Below, piece after piece: positions 51,021 to 63,689 of a stretch of DNA of 64,000 nucleotides; position 1 is the first letter of the stretch, and each line of letters begins with the position of its first letter. This stretch comes from Utricularia gibba. Lineage: Eukaryota > Plantae > Magnoliophyta. The notes below the pieces were generated by a model, which saw only the letters and a program-made list of their open reading frames with translations, did no database searches and was not told where the DNA came from. The stretch covers positions 1,860,001 through 1,924,000 of the forward strand of contig NEEC01000015.1 of the NCBI GenBank assembly GCA_002189035.1, written 5' to 3'. The position numbers were made by a program, and so were the translations under genes.

Positions 51021-52434
51021 GTTTTCTCCCCCCGGGCGCCGTTAAGATCGAAGAGTTATGGTAATGAATGAAACATAATACTCGTTTTATACAACAAAAG
51101 GAAGCGTACAGGTGCTTTCTTGTCTATGCAAATAAGACAACTGCTTTTTGGTATACGTAGCCATGGTTAATTACTCTGGTTGGTAGCTGATCTGTCCCCT
51201 ACTGGACCGGCCCGGTTTACCCGGTTTATCTGTTGGAAACAGACGACACGATTCACTGCGGGGGGAGGAGACGTTAAGTGGCGACGTCATCAACCGGAGG
51301 AAAAGGAGACACCGTGGCGAACTGCTGACGTGGAATAGCTACGGAGTTTCCAACGCTATCGTCACCTTACAAATGCTTAGTGCCGAAAGATTCTTTCCAT
51401 TTTCGGTGCGTCGAAAATTAAAATATTAAATTCGATTTTTTTAAAACAAATACTCTAAAATGGAAAACATTTTATTCTAATGAAAGGAAATTGTGAGTAA
51501 AAGAGGCCCAAGAGCGTGGCCCATTAGCAGCCCAGAGGGTATTCATCCATTTTCAACTTATTCAAACAGAAACGCGCGTCCAATCAGAGGGCGCCATTTG
51601 CCATCCCTACCCCTCTTTCCCAAAGCGAACTTGGTCTAGGAGTGCAATCAATTTCTCAAATGTGTGTGTAATCGAAAAACATAAAATAAAGGAAGAAGGA
51701 GAAGCTTTGCTTTTGCGTTCATTGAGTTCTACGGGTTTTCTTTGAGGATTTTGAGCGTGGGGGCGTTTTCTTGGGGTGCACCAACTTTACCCAGAGACCC
51801 TAGCGATCTTCTTGTCTCCTCTTCACAAACAAGCGGAAAAAGATTCCAACTTTCCATCTGGGTTGACAGCAGATGCTCTAGCAGGATTTCTGTTACCAGG
51901 ATCAGGGCCGCTCAGAAGAGGGAGGTGCTCTTCTTGCTGCAAATGTCAAGGAATTGGAATCTAGAATGGTTCGGTCAGGTACGGGACTTATGATGGATGT
52001 TTGTAGGAAGGGAGCGAAGCGCACAGTGTGGCAAAGTCTGTGAATGGGAATGCTGGTTTAATGTCTGGGGAAGTAGGGCATATGGAAAAGGAGGTGATTC
52101 CCGAGAAGAAGACAGTCGAGGAGGGTGTACAGGAAAATCCTGGCTTAGGAGAGCCAGCCAAGAGCAAGTTCAGGTATGCTGTGCTTGTTGATTATGGTAT
52201 TCAGAAGTAGAGATATGTTGGATGGAATCGGGGCTCTCACCAGTGGGTGACACTCCAGCATCTGCAAATCATATCATGTATATGCAGAAGCTATGGAAAA
52301 AAAAAAAAAGCACACTTTTTTCCTTTAGATGGAAAACCAGTTTGTTGGATTTCCCATTTCCAGAAATTGGAAGAGAAGTAGGTTGAAAATTCTTCTGTCG
52401 ATTGATAATACAGACTTTATGTATGCATCGGCAT

Positions 52435-53975
52435 TCATGTAGGGTGCCTCGTCGTCGTCCAAGCCAAACTCAAAGCATGTAATCGCTGAATGTACTCTCC
52501 TAAAGCTAGCAGGCCGCGAGCCGCTTGGCTCGGTGAAAGTAGGCACGAAACTTGGCGAAGAGTTTCTCGCCGGAGATGGTCGGCTTCACTCACAAAAACG
52601 ACCAGATCTTGAAGCTTTTCCATGGAGGCGGAGACTTGCCAGGGATAGTTCCCTTCTCCGGCGATGGTTTCTGCTATAATCTGGTGTAGCCTCTCCATTC
52701 CCTTTGTCAATGCATCCTCTCCCTGCTGACACGACCGTATCAGAAGGGAGATGTCCAGCAGCTGTTGCTCCGACAACTGTCCCAAATGGGGCGATACCAC
52801 CTGTTCATCAAAGGCGTTCCCATGTCGGAAAGAACACAAACCAAAGCTTTCTAAGGATGAATAACCGAACCTTTAGAATCTCTGAAGGGCGAAAGCCTCC
52901 TATCCAGGAAAAAAGGCGTTCGGCTGGTGTTTTCCACAACCCAGACAAGATGTAGAAAGCATCGGCTTTGACAGCTGAAGCCTTCATCGAGAAGAGATTA
53001 TAGTAATGATTCAGCACTTTTTCAACGTAACCTACGAGCTCCATCTCTCCCATGCTCGAATTCATCGCACTTCTTAGCTCAGACATAAGTTTCCTCTGTT
53101 CTTCAACCCACCGTCCGTACTCCAATTCAAATGCCGCAGCACCTACATTGACTGAAGCATGACTTTGCAGTCGAGAAAGCGTAGTGTAAAACAAGCCACC
53201 AACCTTGATTCATGCCTCCGGGGCAGGCCGAAGGATGTATACTATCCAGTGAACCATCAAGATACGGCCCCTGCTACCAAAACGACACCGGATTTTAATG
53301 AAAAGCTGCTTGCTGCGCATCATCGTCGGAAAGTAATCTCTTCTTTTACCTGTGTACGAGTTTGATCCCGTTCTTGTTCTAATTGAATTAGCCTTTGCTT
53401 ACATTTTTCTAACTGCTGCACATACGCCTGCGTTGCAGTATGCTCTGTTAGCGAGCCCACGTCATACGCATAAAAGGGTAGCCGGAAATAGAGAAACCAG
53501 AAACCTTTTTGCGGAGCCGGCTTTTCCGTGCAGCCTCCCTGTTTTGCGCCTGCCGTCTCAATACCTGCAACGCTCCAAGATGATTCCATTCTAAAAGAAA
53601 AACAACATACAAATCAACTTTGAAAACAGATTGAAACTTCAGGGGATTGTCAGCCACCTTCTCAGGCTTAGTTGCTTGCTGATCGTGATGATTTTTTGAG
53701 CAAGATCCAAGCTTTCCATGGGAATTCGTATCCTCGGACTACGCATACGCCTCAAAAGATGTCAACCAAATAATCGAACTTGCAGAGATTAACAGAGGCA
53801 AGAAATAAAAACCCACCTGGTTTTCTGATATGGGGTCAATCTCGATTATCACCGGCGGAGGCGGTGGCGAATCCAAGTAACCGCTACTTTTGAAGTCATC
53901 CCAGATGGTCGCCATTTGATGGGTTTGCTTGCAGAACCTCGTAGAAGGAATGAATTGAGTCGATCCCGAATTCAT
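52435..53975 (-). CDS. TGA: TGA-type bZIP transcription factor with DOG1 domain (TGA1/4/3/7-like, diverged)
   Basis: Exons 53975-53817, 53738-53658, 53564-53505, 53427-53350, 53270-53204, 53151-52871, 52800-52435. MNSGSTQF N-terminus, RRQAQNREAARKSRLRKKAYVQQLE, FELEYGRWVEEQ, WKTPAERLFSWIGGFRPSE, ADHLRRETL. Confidence 0.9.
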
Positions 53976-56478
53976 TCTTTGCTTCCCTGTTCGATCATGG
54001 ATCAGTTTTTATCACCATAGCACAGAGTCTCTGAAACGGTAGCTACACGAACAACACGAATAAGAAGAGTTATCTGTGCGCTCCGAGAAGGCTGTCTACC
54101 TAAATAAGAAAGCAATACAGTTTTAGTGAAGGATGATTAGAGGATAATGGACGCCAAAGTATTCTGCAGATGTGAGTGTCGTTTTTATCTGCAGATACAG
54201 TGAAAGTGAAGATCCGTCCTTTTCATGATTTTCTATTTTTCATTTTTGAAGATTCCTTTAAGAATTGGTTTCTTTTTAATTATAATTTAAAATTTAATTA
54301 TAAAAATTAGAAGTACAATCCAACACATCAACCATTCACCTCTCCACCCATCATATGATACCATAAACTTTGATGTTTCAATTCCGTTAAGATCAAATAA
54401 ATCAAACTCTTGATTTAATCCATATTCATGATCTGTTAGGTGTAAAAATATAAAAATAATTACGAAATGATGATTAGAAAAATAAAAAAAATTGAATAGT
54501 TCTCGTTCATGTTTAATGAAAGGTTACTCTCATTTTATAAGATAAAGCGTACTTTTAATAAATCGTGATATTTATGTTCGATTCAATAAATTATATAAAA
54601 AATTAAAATTTAAAAATATTAAATATAATCAATTATTTTTAGTTTTTGTAATATATTTATAATAAATTAAATTAAGTTCAATCTATTATAAAAATAATTC
54701 AATTCGAAATCATAGCTAAATTATAATATAGATTCATGCCGATTTTTAACATTGAGTTATTAGATATATTGGTGCAATTGCTTAGATGTTATACTTGTGG
54801 CTTATTTAGAAAAATGAATACTATCAATTAATTTTGTTGAAATTCAGGATCCGATGGGTTGGACGAACGCACACGTGACACCTAAGTATACAATAAACGT
54901 GGATTGTAATAGAAAAAATTAGGCTTAACTAATTATTAATGATATATATTTATTTATATAATTGTTTATTTCATTTTCATTTTTCGATGTGTGATTATGT
55001 ATTTTAACAAGTTTATCATGTATTTAGATAAAAATTTTACACATAGGATGAACATTTTTTTCCGTACACTTTATGATGGGTAGATACTTTTGTAATTCAC
55101 GTTATACTTGTAGAAATTTTAACTGATATTTGAATAAAATGATCCCGATCAAGACAAGCGTGTTTAACTTTACAAATTTCTTGATTTCTAAAATTAAAAA
55201 AAAAAACAAACAAAAGGACATTCAACTACTTGCTTAGACTTTGCATATGGTATCCACCTCACCTTCTTTTGGCTTTTGTTCACATTGTCCCTCCCCTCAA
55301 TTGCCATACGTAAATGATTTACTCACTAACCGGCCTTTAGTCCATTCGGCAACACTCAAAAACTATATCTCATATTTTTCTGATTTTTTAGTTAAAAAAA
55401 CAAAGAATTGGAGGTTTGGGCGTGAAAAATTGCGGTGGCGACACGTCAACCCCACATGGAGCAGACGACGCGACGCGGGGGAAACAGGCGCGGCACTTGC
55501 GGATTTGTGTGTGTTACTATGGGTGCTTTTTGAAAGCATATGCATGCTCACTAAGTCACGTAAGCACCACTGCATTGACATATTCCTTTTTACAATGGTG
55601 GTGGAGTCGATGTTTGTGGAGTATGTTGTTGATGGGGAATATGATGAGGATGGTGATGTGATCCAGGCAAGCAATGGTCGATCCCACATCGGAACTCTAT
55701 TGGCGTCTTCTTCCCCTCGTGTCTATTTCTAATTCTAAGGCTGGAATCTGTTTTGAGGGGAAAAGGGCAGTGGAAACCAATGCGGTTATGGCAAATGGAT
55801 AAGTCTTATCTCATGCCATCCCGACGCAGCAACTTCTAAAGCTATAAAGTTGTTACTTTTTTTTTTTCTTTCTTGGCCTCGCTTTTTTTATTTCTTTCTT
55901 TTGTTTTTTGGCATTAGTAAAATGTGACTTTACGCGGTCTTTTCAGACTGCGGGGGCCCATCAATTGCAGGCCCGGTAGAGTGGCTCGGGCCCAAAAAGC
56001 CTAATGGAAGGGAAGTGCCGGGCGGGAGGGGGCATCTGTATTTTTGACGAGACGCCTCGCTTGGTCATAACGCTGCCCGGGCTGCCCGAAGCTGCAGTCA
56101 CTAGATTACGGTCAGCGCTCGTTGCTACGATCGGTGTCGGTTGCTTGAATCTCTTATGCTTTCTCCGCTTAATCCGTCGGCGGTGCAGGATAGAAGCTGC
56201 CTGAGGTCTCTACGTCGGAGGCTTTGAGCTCGCTGGGTTGCGGATCTCCTCTGGCAGACCAGATCTGAACATTTGGCGAGCCTTCTGAGTCGATTTTTCC
56301 GGTGAGATTCGCTCTTTTGCCATTCGTAATGGCACAAATCCGGTTTCTACTGCCACGATGTGACGTATTATCTGCAACGTACGCTCTTCTTACGGTCCGA
56401 TTGTTCTGTTAACTCTTAACCGACGGCTTGCATAGGTTGCTCTGTGCTACCCTTCTTCTCTGAGAGGTTCTTGTTGAG

Positions 56479-57222
56479 ATGGAGATTAACCGCTGTTTCG
56501 CTGAGTCATCTCCAAATGGCCGGAGCTTGGCGACGGTCAACGGCGTCGAGGCGGCCCTGCTTTGCTCTGCTTTCGGAGAACTCTACCTGGCAGTTCTCAC
56601 CCAGGTACGGACGGATACATATATATATATATATTATCCACGTGTGTTTTAGAACGGTGAAGGTGTTAATTACGGGTAATCGCCGTGGGTAAGAGGGAAA
56701 GACATTTGGGGGCAACATGGACATTCCACTCCGCTTTTCTTCATATCTTACGTCATTTGGTGGGGCCGTATACTGGATGCAATCAATGTTTTGACTTTGA
56801 CCGTTTTTTGCATGTGATAGGAAGTTTTGAGGTTACTTGTGGGTGGGGTGAATGTCAAGGGAGATGACACCGTTAACACGTCTGAGGCAGTGGATGCCGA
56901 CGGTGACGACGACGAGGATGAGGATGGTGATGATGAAGATGATGACGATGACGAGAACCTAGGAAATGGTAACCAAGGCAACTCGAAGAACGAAGCAAGT
57001 GGTGGGGCGGATGAGAATGGCGAAGCTGATGATGATGAAGAGGATGATGACGGCGAAGGAGATGACGACGATGGAGATGGTGGGGATGACGGCGAGGAAG
57101 AAGATGAGGATGTGGAGAGAGATGACGATGACGATGGCGATGACGATGACCAAGAGGAAGAAGAAGAAGAGGAGGAAGAAGAGGAAGAGGAAATCCAGCC
57201 TCCTAAGAAGAGGAAGAAGTGA
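56479..57222 (+). CDS. Acidic D/E-rich nuclear protein ending in QPPKKRKK (plant prothymosin-like / glutamic-acid-rich family)
   Basis: Probable exon 1 56479-56604 (MEINRCF..LAVLTQ) joined to 56821-57222, which carries long D/E tracts and a terminal NLS-like PPKKRKK*. A small middle exon cannot be excluded. Confidence 0.72.
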
Positions 57223-57618
57223 AGCGATAAAACAGGTGCAGAGGACAGCCTCGGGGAGACATCCTCCTCCCTGCAAGTCTGTCTATAGCTGAATTCTCTA
57301 ACTCAGTTCCCTTCTTCCTCTGTCACGTTGGTATGTTTCAGTTAGTACTCTATTGCAGCAGCAGCAATCGAAGTACCTTCCCCGTTTCTCTTCCGCAGTT
57401 TCCGGCTCGATCAGCTACAAACTATGCTTCCAATCCGCCCCTTCGACCAATCGATGATCAATCTTTGTCTAAACGGGCAGCCCACCAATCGAAATTGGAG
57501 TTAGATAAGTGGAATTTTGGACACACAATTAACGGAATTAATATATTACATTTACACGACGCAGAGGAAGCGAAAGCAGCAAGGATCTTGGACTGAATGA
57601 AACCTTGCAGTTAGTTGT

Positions 57619-57825
57619 TCAAGCGGAAAAGAAGCCATTTTCGGCAGCTCGACTGAGCTCGTGCTTGGGCTGAAAGAGCTTCTTCGTGGAACCCACCGCA
57701 GCTTCGCTTCCGCGTTTCTTCGAAACCGGCGACCATTTCAGAAACGCCAGGGTTTCGCCTCTCTCCGCTGCTCTAGCCACCATCTTCTCGTATTCCTCCG
57801 CCACCAGCATCGCTATTTCCGCCAT
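57619..57825 (-). CDS. Small conserved plant protein of unknown function (68 aa)
   Basis: MAEIAMLVAEEYEK...PKHELSRAAENGFFSA* resembles a recurring plant family beginning MAEIAxLVAEEYE and ending NGFFSA (recognised from memory, not searched). Confidence 0.7.
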   Translation of the reverse strand: MAEIAMLVAEEYEKMVARAAERGETLAFLKWSPVSKKRGSEAAVGSTKKLFQPKHELSRAAENGFFSA

Positions 57826-58332
57826 CCTATCCTCTGTCTTCCTCAACTGTTTCTCCGCGTTAGTAGATAGATGGTTGGTCCCCTTGATATTTATCGTAAG
57901 ATAATGGGAAAGCGGGAGGAAAAGTGGATCACGATGGGGACTAATGAACAGGACGACCCGACGCTTTATTGCAGTCACAAATCCCCAAAACCATGGGCTG
58001 CGACTGCAGAGTTATGCGACTTGTCTTCCCTAAACAAAGACCCGAAGTCTCTTCGTCACCCCAAACTGATCTAACCCTGGTTTGCAAAACCCTAGGATAC
58101 GACGAAGGTGGCGATGCAAACCATGGTACGGTTACCCTTTTCAGAGCCGCCTAGCGGATTGCGATTGCGCCCATAGGAATGAAGCCCCGCCGGATTAATC
58201 CAGTCAATTGGCGGTATTCAAGATATTATTTTTTAATTGGCTGTTGAATTAGCATCGCAAATTGGAATCTTTCCAACTTTCCATTGGCAAATGCATCGCA
58301 TTTCATTATGCAGGGAGAACAAGTCGCCGGCC

Positions 58333-59348
58333 TTACCATTTCCTATTCCCCTTGTAGACCTCCACAAACTTGATGTCGTATATGAGCGTTGCATTGGCAG
58401 GAATGTTGCAGTCCCCTGTACAAAGCACCATCGCTCAGATGGATCAATGGCACCCAACTTTGGTCCACTGTCAGTTGGATCGGAGATACTCACCGGAAAA
58501 GCAGCCGGCTGGTTCTGGCCCATACGCCAGTTTGGGAGGAATAAGAAGCCTCCTTTTCCCTCCTGAGAAGAAGAGTATCGGTGAATTGAGCCCAAGGAGT
58601 AACAGGGCAACATCATCAACTCTTGATTCCATTGGCTAATGCAAAACAATGTCGATCTTACCAACGTGCATGGGCGGGACACCACCGCCACCCAGAATGC
58701 CCTGATCCAGACCCCGAATCACCTGCTCCACGAAACAAAGGCAACAGCAGACATGATTAGCGTTTATATAGTGCAAGAACTTGGAATGCATGAGCTGAGT
58801 GTTACTTTTCCCATTCCCAGCCGCATAGTGAGCGGCCTGCCCCGTTTGTAGCTGCTGTCAAACACAATTCCATCGTCGAACCTCGCAGTGTAATGAATCT
58901 ACAACATCAGATTTCTGATACCAATCATTTATCATCTCTGTAGAAAGTAAATACTTGAGGGGATCGAAGAACCATTGTTTCCAGAATTCAATTTCTCAAT
59001 GATGAACAAGCAATTTAAATTTTTGTATCTCAAACTCACGTTTATAAGCTCCGCGAGAGGAACCTGTTCACCAGAGCCCACAACCACATCGCAGTAGCCA
59101 AGGCCGGATCGCACAAAATTGAGTTCGCAAGACGGCTCAGCGACGGTGGCGTAGTACTCGATTCTGGTGGCGTCGGCATCCAGAGCCACCGCGGAGGAGG
59201 CCAAAATTGCTATCCCCATACCCACGATTCGCCGCTTCAATGCGGCGGTTGTTGATGCAGGAACGCTGGAGGTGGAACAAGACGCGCTCGCTCTGACAAG
59301 GGGTCGAGCCGTTGGATTGAAAACTGCTAAATGCGTCGCCGCCGCCAT
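58333..59348 (-). CDS. FKBP16-4: Thylakoid-lumen FKBP-type PPIase
   Basis: Exons 59348-59040, 58898-58806, 58722-58662, 58562-58494, 58415-58333. Transit peptide with an RR (Tat-type) segment, ATRIEYYATV..SGLGYCD, IHYTARFDDG..FDSSYKRGRPLTMRLG, PPKLAYGPEPAGCFSGDCNIP. Confidence 0.87.
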
Positions 59349-60389
59349 TAACCTGATTCCGATTCCCTTTGGGAGGCTGTCCTCTCCTGAACGACGGAAA
59401 TCGAGGATAACTACCGATATTTCGTTGATATGGATGGAGATCAATGATAACGGGCCCAGTTTTTCAAATCCGGCCCATCAAGAAAGGCGCTCAGCCCAAC
59501 AGTCACATTCTCTCACATTGAAACTTGAATTGGCCCATTGGGCTTTTATTTGGATGTCTAGGCCCATAGGCATTTACCCAGTTACGTTGGATTCACCCAA
59601 TTACCTTTTTACTGCTGTTATAAAATTTCCACTGCATATTTTATCCCATAACAAACCCAGATTCACATGCAATGCACACACAAAAAAAAACTAATATTCC
59701 TAATATTAAAAGAAGGCACTTCCATCGAATAGTATCCATCAGTCAACTTCACGATTCTGGGGTTCGTTTGGGATGTCAAATCATCATTCCCAAAATCTCC
59801 TCTCCCCTTAGCTTCTCTTCTCTTAGCAGCAACAAACTTTAAATGTTGCTGTTACCCCACAGTTGCAGAGGAGCTGGTAAAAAGTCTTCTGGATTTGGTG
59901 GGTTCAGTGACAGATCCAGCGGTGTGCCCACTGTCCTCGATTTGTTGCATTTACTCAAATATTGACAACGGGATCCTCGTAGTATGGAAAAAGGCGTAGA
60001 TTAGCCCCCACAATCCCATTTATTTGCTCCTCCATTCATCTGTATTGTATGTATCCACGAGCAAATTCGCAGCTCAGTGTCGTCCCCCTTTATGGGTTCT
60101 CTCGCTTCAGTAAAATTTAATGTGTTCTTCTTCTTCTTCCTTGGGTTAGATTCGCATTGACCTGTCGCTTACTGAAAGTCAACCCCTCAAATCCTATTTC
60201 TTAGATGCTTGGAGGGAGGATGCTTTTTGTGGGTTGTGTCTGTCGTTTTTTTTACCTTCTGCCACTGTTCAGTTTTATCGTCTTCAATGTGATTGAGACA
60301 GAATAGAACCTGCCCCAGAATTCCTTCCCTTTTTTTAATCTATTGTGTTGTTTCTTCAGTTGGTGAGAAGAGAACGCAAGGGGGGGAAA

Positions 60390-62029
60390 ATGGAGAGTGC
60401 CGGTAGTGTTCTTGGTGGTCCTGAGAGGAGGAGGCTTGCGTTTAGTCCAGAAAGATGCAAACTTTATACTCCGCCGGCGAGGGTTATCCGACCGACGGCG
60501 TTCAAGAAAGTTGAGATTGTCTATTATCTGACGAAGAACGGTCACTTGGAGCACCCCCATTTCATGGAAATTACCCATGCGGCTCATCGCCATCTCCGTT
60601 TGAGAGGTTTTTCTCCTTCTGATTGTTATGGTCTGAAAATGAGGGTTTTCCCTTTTGCTCACATACCCTTAACTCTTGTGTTTGTGCTGCAGATTTCATG
60701 GACAGGCTCACTGCTCTCAGAGGCAAAGGCATGCCATCGCTCTACTCATGGTCTTGTAAAAGGTGTGTGATATGTAAATTCTTCGAGTTCCTTTTTCGGT
60801 TGTTAACTCCACTGATGAAATGAAATTCTTGGGTTTCACAGGATCTACAAGAATGGATATGTGTGGAATGATTTATCAGAAAACGACGTGATTTTTCCAT
60901 CAGAAGGAGATGAGTATGTGCTCAAGGGATCTGAGTTGGTGTTGGGATGCAGTGGTAGATTTGTTTCTTCTTCCGTTTATGGTTATTTTTGTGGTCTGAG
61001 AAGTGAAAGCAACCACTGATTCTTCCTCCGTTTCTGTCTTATGATGATTACAGAGAAGATGAGTAATCTTGAAACTGGGGCTGCACAGGAACTGAATTTT
61101 CAGCCAAAACGGCGGTTTTTGCCTTCAAACCGACGGCCGAAATCTCTGGGAAACCAGTGTGATTATGCGGCGGGTGAGATGGGGGAGGAAGCGGAAGAGG
61201 AATACCAAGAGAAAACTATGTACACGAGGTGTTCAAGAAATGTTTCCACTGAAGAGTACCAGAACCACCGGGAGATCAGGCCGCCGCCCCCGCCGCCTCC
61301 ACCGCCACAGAAGAGTAACAACTCTCCCACGGAGCTTATTCTTGATCCCAACACATTCTCCGTTTCACCACCATCAACTGCTTCCTCCGACAACTCCAAC
61401 ACCGCCAGGAGATACGAAGACGGTGATCCTCTCGGCGTTGAGCCAATGCTGAGCCGCAACTCGATGCTTCTCAGTCTCATAGCTTGCGGTGGGTTAGGCT
61501 CTTTCCGAAAAACCACTCCACCACCGCCGCCACCACCACCCACGAACGACCAGCCATCTTCCGTGGCTAGAAAGAGCAGCAGTCTCCACAGAGTAGCCGT
61601 GTCCAAGGCTGCTGCAGCCGCCGCTGCCGCCGCAACCACCGTCCGAGTTCTAGCTGAAGAAGAAGAAGACATGATAAATTACATGCCGGGAAACCCCAGA
61701 TTCGGGAACTTGCAGTCACAGGAAAAGGAGTACTTCAGTGGAAGCATCGTGGACACCATAGCCACTGAGGAAAGACTTGTGGCTGAACCACGACTGAAGA
61801 AATCAAGTTCATATAATCAGGAAAAGTGAGTTTCATCTAGTTTTCTAACATTTTGTTATTCTGGGGATCAAAAAGTTTTCCCTTTGGTTATAACAGGAGC
61901 TTGGATGCGGGCCTGGGAGCAGCAGCAGCAGGGGAGAAGGAAGAAGGAAGAATCGGGAAGGGGCACAACTGGATTTGCATCCCCAGGAAGAACAAGGCCT
62001 CCTTCTCATTTAATCACTTGGATGATTAA
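60390..62029 (+). CDS. SOK: SOSEKI polarity protein (DIX-like/DUF966), SOK2-like
   Basis: Exons 60390-60606, 60693-60762, 60842-60954, 61054-61825, 61897-62029. [52 protein letters not shown] (CG motif), [29 protein letters not shown]. Confidence 0.9.
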
Positions 62030-62398
62030 GAATTAATTACGCTTGAGTTTCCTAATCTCCCTTTTAATGCTTCTTGTAATCTGTACGTCTTATGGTATAG
62101 TGCTGTCACACGCCCATTTCCTCATTAAATTAAAACTATTTCACATTAAATCGAAAACTAAATTGCAAAGTAATTATTTATAATGAATTTAATAATTAAA
62201 CATGGGCTGGGCCAGCATTAAAAAAATCGGGCCGTGGAAAGTATCCCGAGCCCAATGAGCTTGGTGACGGTGAGATACGTGGGCCCCACCTCTGAAAGGA
62301 TACCAACGCGGTTTCTCTTCCTTCTTCTTGGGACTGCGCCTCCTCATTCTCAAGTGTGAGCGCCTTGAGTTAACTTGCTACATTTCCGTACGAGATCC

Positions 62399-63029
62399 AT
62401 GGGGAACGTTTTGTTTGCACTCCTCGCATTCTGTGTTGTGCCTTCCATTGCAGCTGCTCGTTACGGCGGGGATCCTCTTTTGCTCAAGGGATCTGTGTAC
62501 TGCGATACATGCCGGTGCGGCTTCGAGACTCCCGCCTCAACGCGCGTCGCTGGTAAACCGTCTCCCTCGTTCTTCTTTCCGATTGTCTTAGCTTTGCTGG
62601 ATCTGAGAATGTAACGGTTGGGAATTCAAATCGGTTTACTGCTGTTTGTTTTGTTTTGTCTCCGTGTTTCATACGAGTAACATCTTTTTTGTTTCCTTGA
62701 ATTCTGTAGGCGCGGTTGTGAGAGTAGAGTGCAGGAACAGGAAGACCTCTGAGCTAACCTACATCAAGGAGGCGGTCACCGATTCAGCGGGAAAGTACAA
62801 TATCCTGGTGCAAGATGACCGCGGTGATGACATATGCGACGCCGTTTTGGTGGAAAGCTCAGATCCGGAGTGCAGCGTCCCAAGCGCCGGCCGAGACAGG
62901 GCGCGCGTCATCCTCACGGCTAACAACGGCATGACCTCGAATTTCCGTTTCGCCAACGCCATGGGCTTCCTTAAGGCTACTCCATTGGCCGCCTGCTCCC
63001 AGATTCTTCAGAATTACCTGGAGGATTAA
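62399..63029 (+). CDS. Pollen Ole e 1 allergen/extensin family secreted protein
   Basis: Exons 62399-62552 and 62710-63029. Signal peptide, GSVYCDTCRCGFET, GAVVRVECR, EAVTDSAGKY, CDAVLVESSDPEC, RFANAMGF. Confidence 0.9.
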
Positions 63030-63689
63030 GGGGTTGGCAGTTTACTAATTACTTTACATTCCATTTAATTGTGATCCACATGGCTCGCTTTAACTAGGGG
63101 GTCTATGCCTATTAGTGTTTGCTAATCACTATAATTCCTGTTTTTCTACTATTTCCTTGTGACTTCATGAACTCGGTGTTAATGCAATGTTTAGAATGAT
63201 TTATGACTTACCCCGGATTTTTGTTACTCTTACTCATAAATTTACTGTAGTATGGCCCCTTGTGTGACATGTGATGATACCAAAAGGCCTCACTATGAAA
63301 GTGTTCCTCAAGCTTGTGAACTATGAATTGATTGACCTTCAACCCCGAAACGTGGCATCATTGGGCGTGGCTTATTTCATTTGGCCAAGGTGTGGGTTGT
63401 TAAATTAACTTTTTCTTTTTCAGAAAAAATGCCGTGGCCTTTGTCTGCTGTATATTCCGGCCAGGCCTGGCGCCACCGGTTCTGGTGCATAGACATGTGG
63501 GGGACAAATAGTGATCACGTTGAACTTTCTCTGTTGCTCCTCCATCCACTCTGAGTTCTCACTGCTTCACTTTGTTTCTTTCTTGTTCATGTGATCCCAA
63601 GGAGGTTGCTCTTTCTTTTTGTGTGTATTAATTTTCAAGCTTTTTTTTCTGGTTTTCCCGTGTTTTTGAGATGAAACAGGTTTGGTTTA

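Noticed and set aside
51979-52006. GT-AG pair that would join ORFs in the unknown unit
   Set aside because: 28 nt is below a plausible plant intron size.
55241-55732. Overlapping ORFs and a loose ggtgctt/aagcacc foldback upstream of TGA
   Set aside because: No recognisable protein; the stem is too short for a pre-miRNA and matches no miRNA I know.
56605-56690. Possible 48-nt intron and middle exon in the acidic-protein gene
   Set aside because: Intron is too short as assembled and the exon has an in-frame stop; a collapsed TA repeat could change this, so it was left unannotated.
56959-57292. Alternative-frame and antisense ORFs over the acidic gene, and similar shadow ORFs over CDC5, AHL, G3Pp, CYP96A and SOK
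   Set aside because: By-products of low-complexity or GC-rich codon usage on the real coding strand; no family features.
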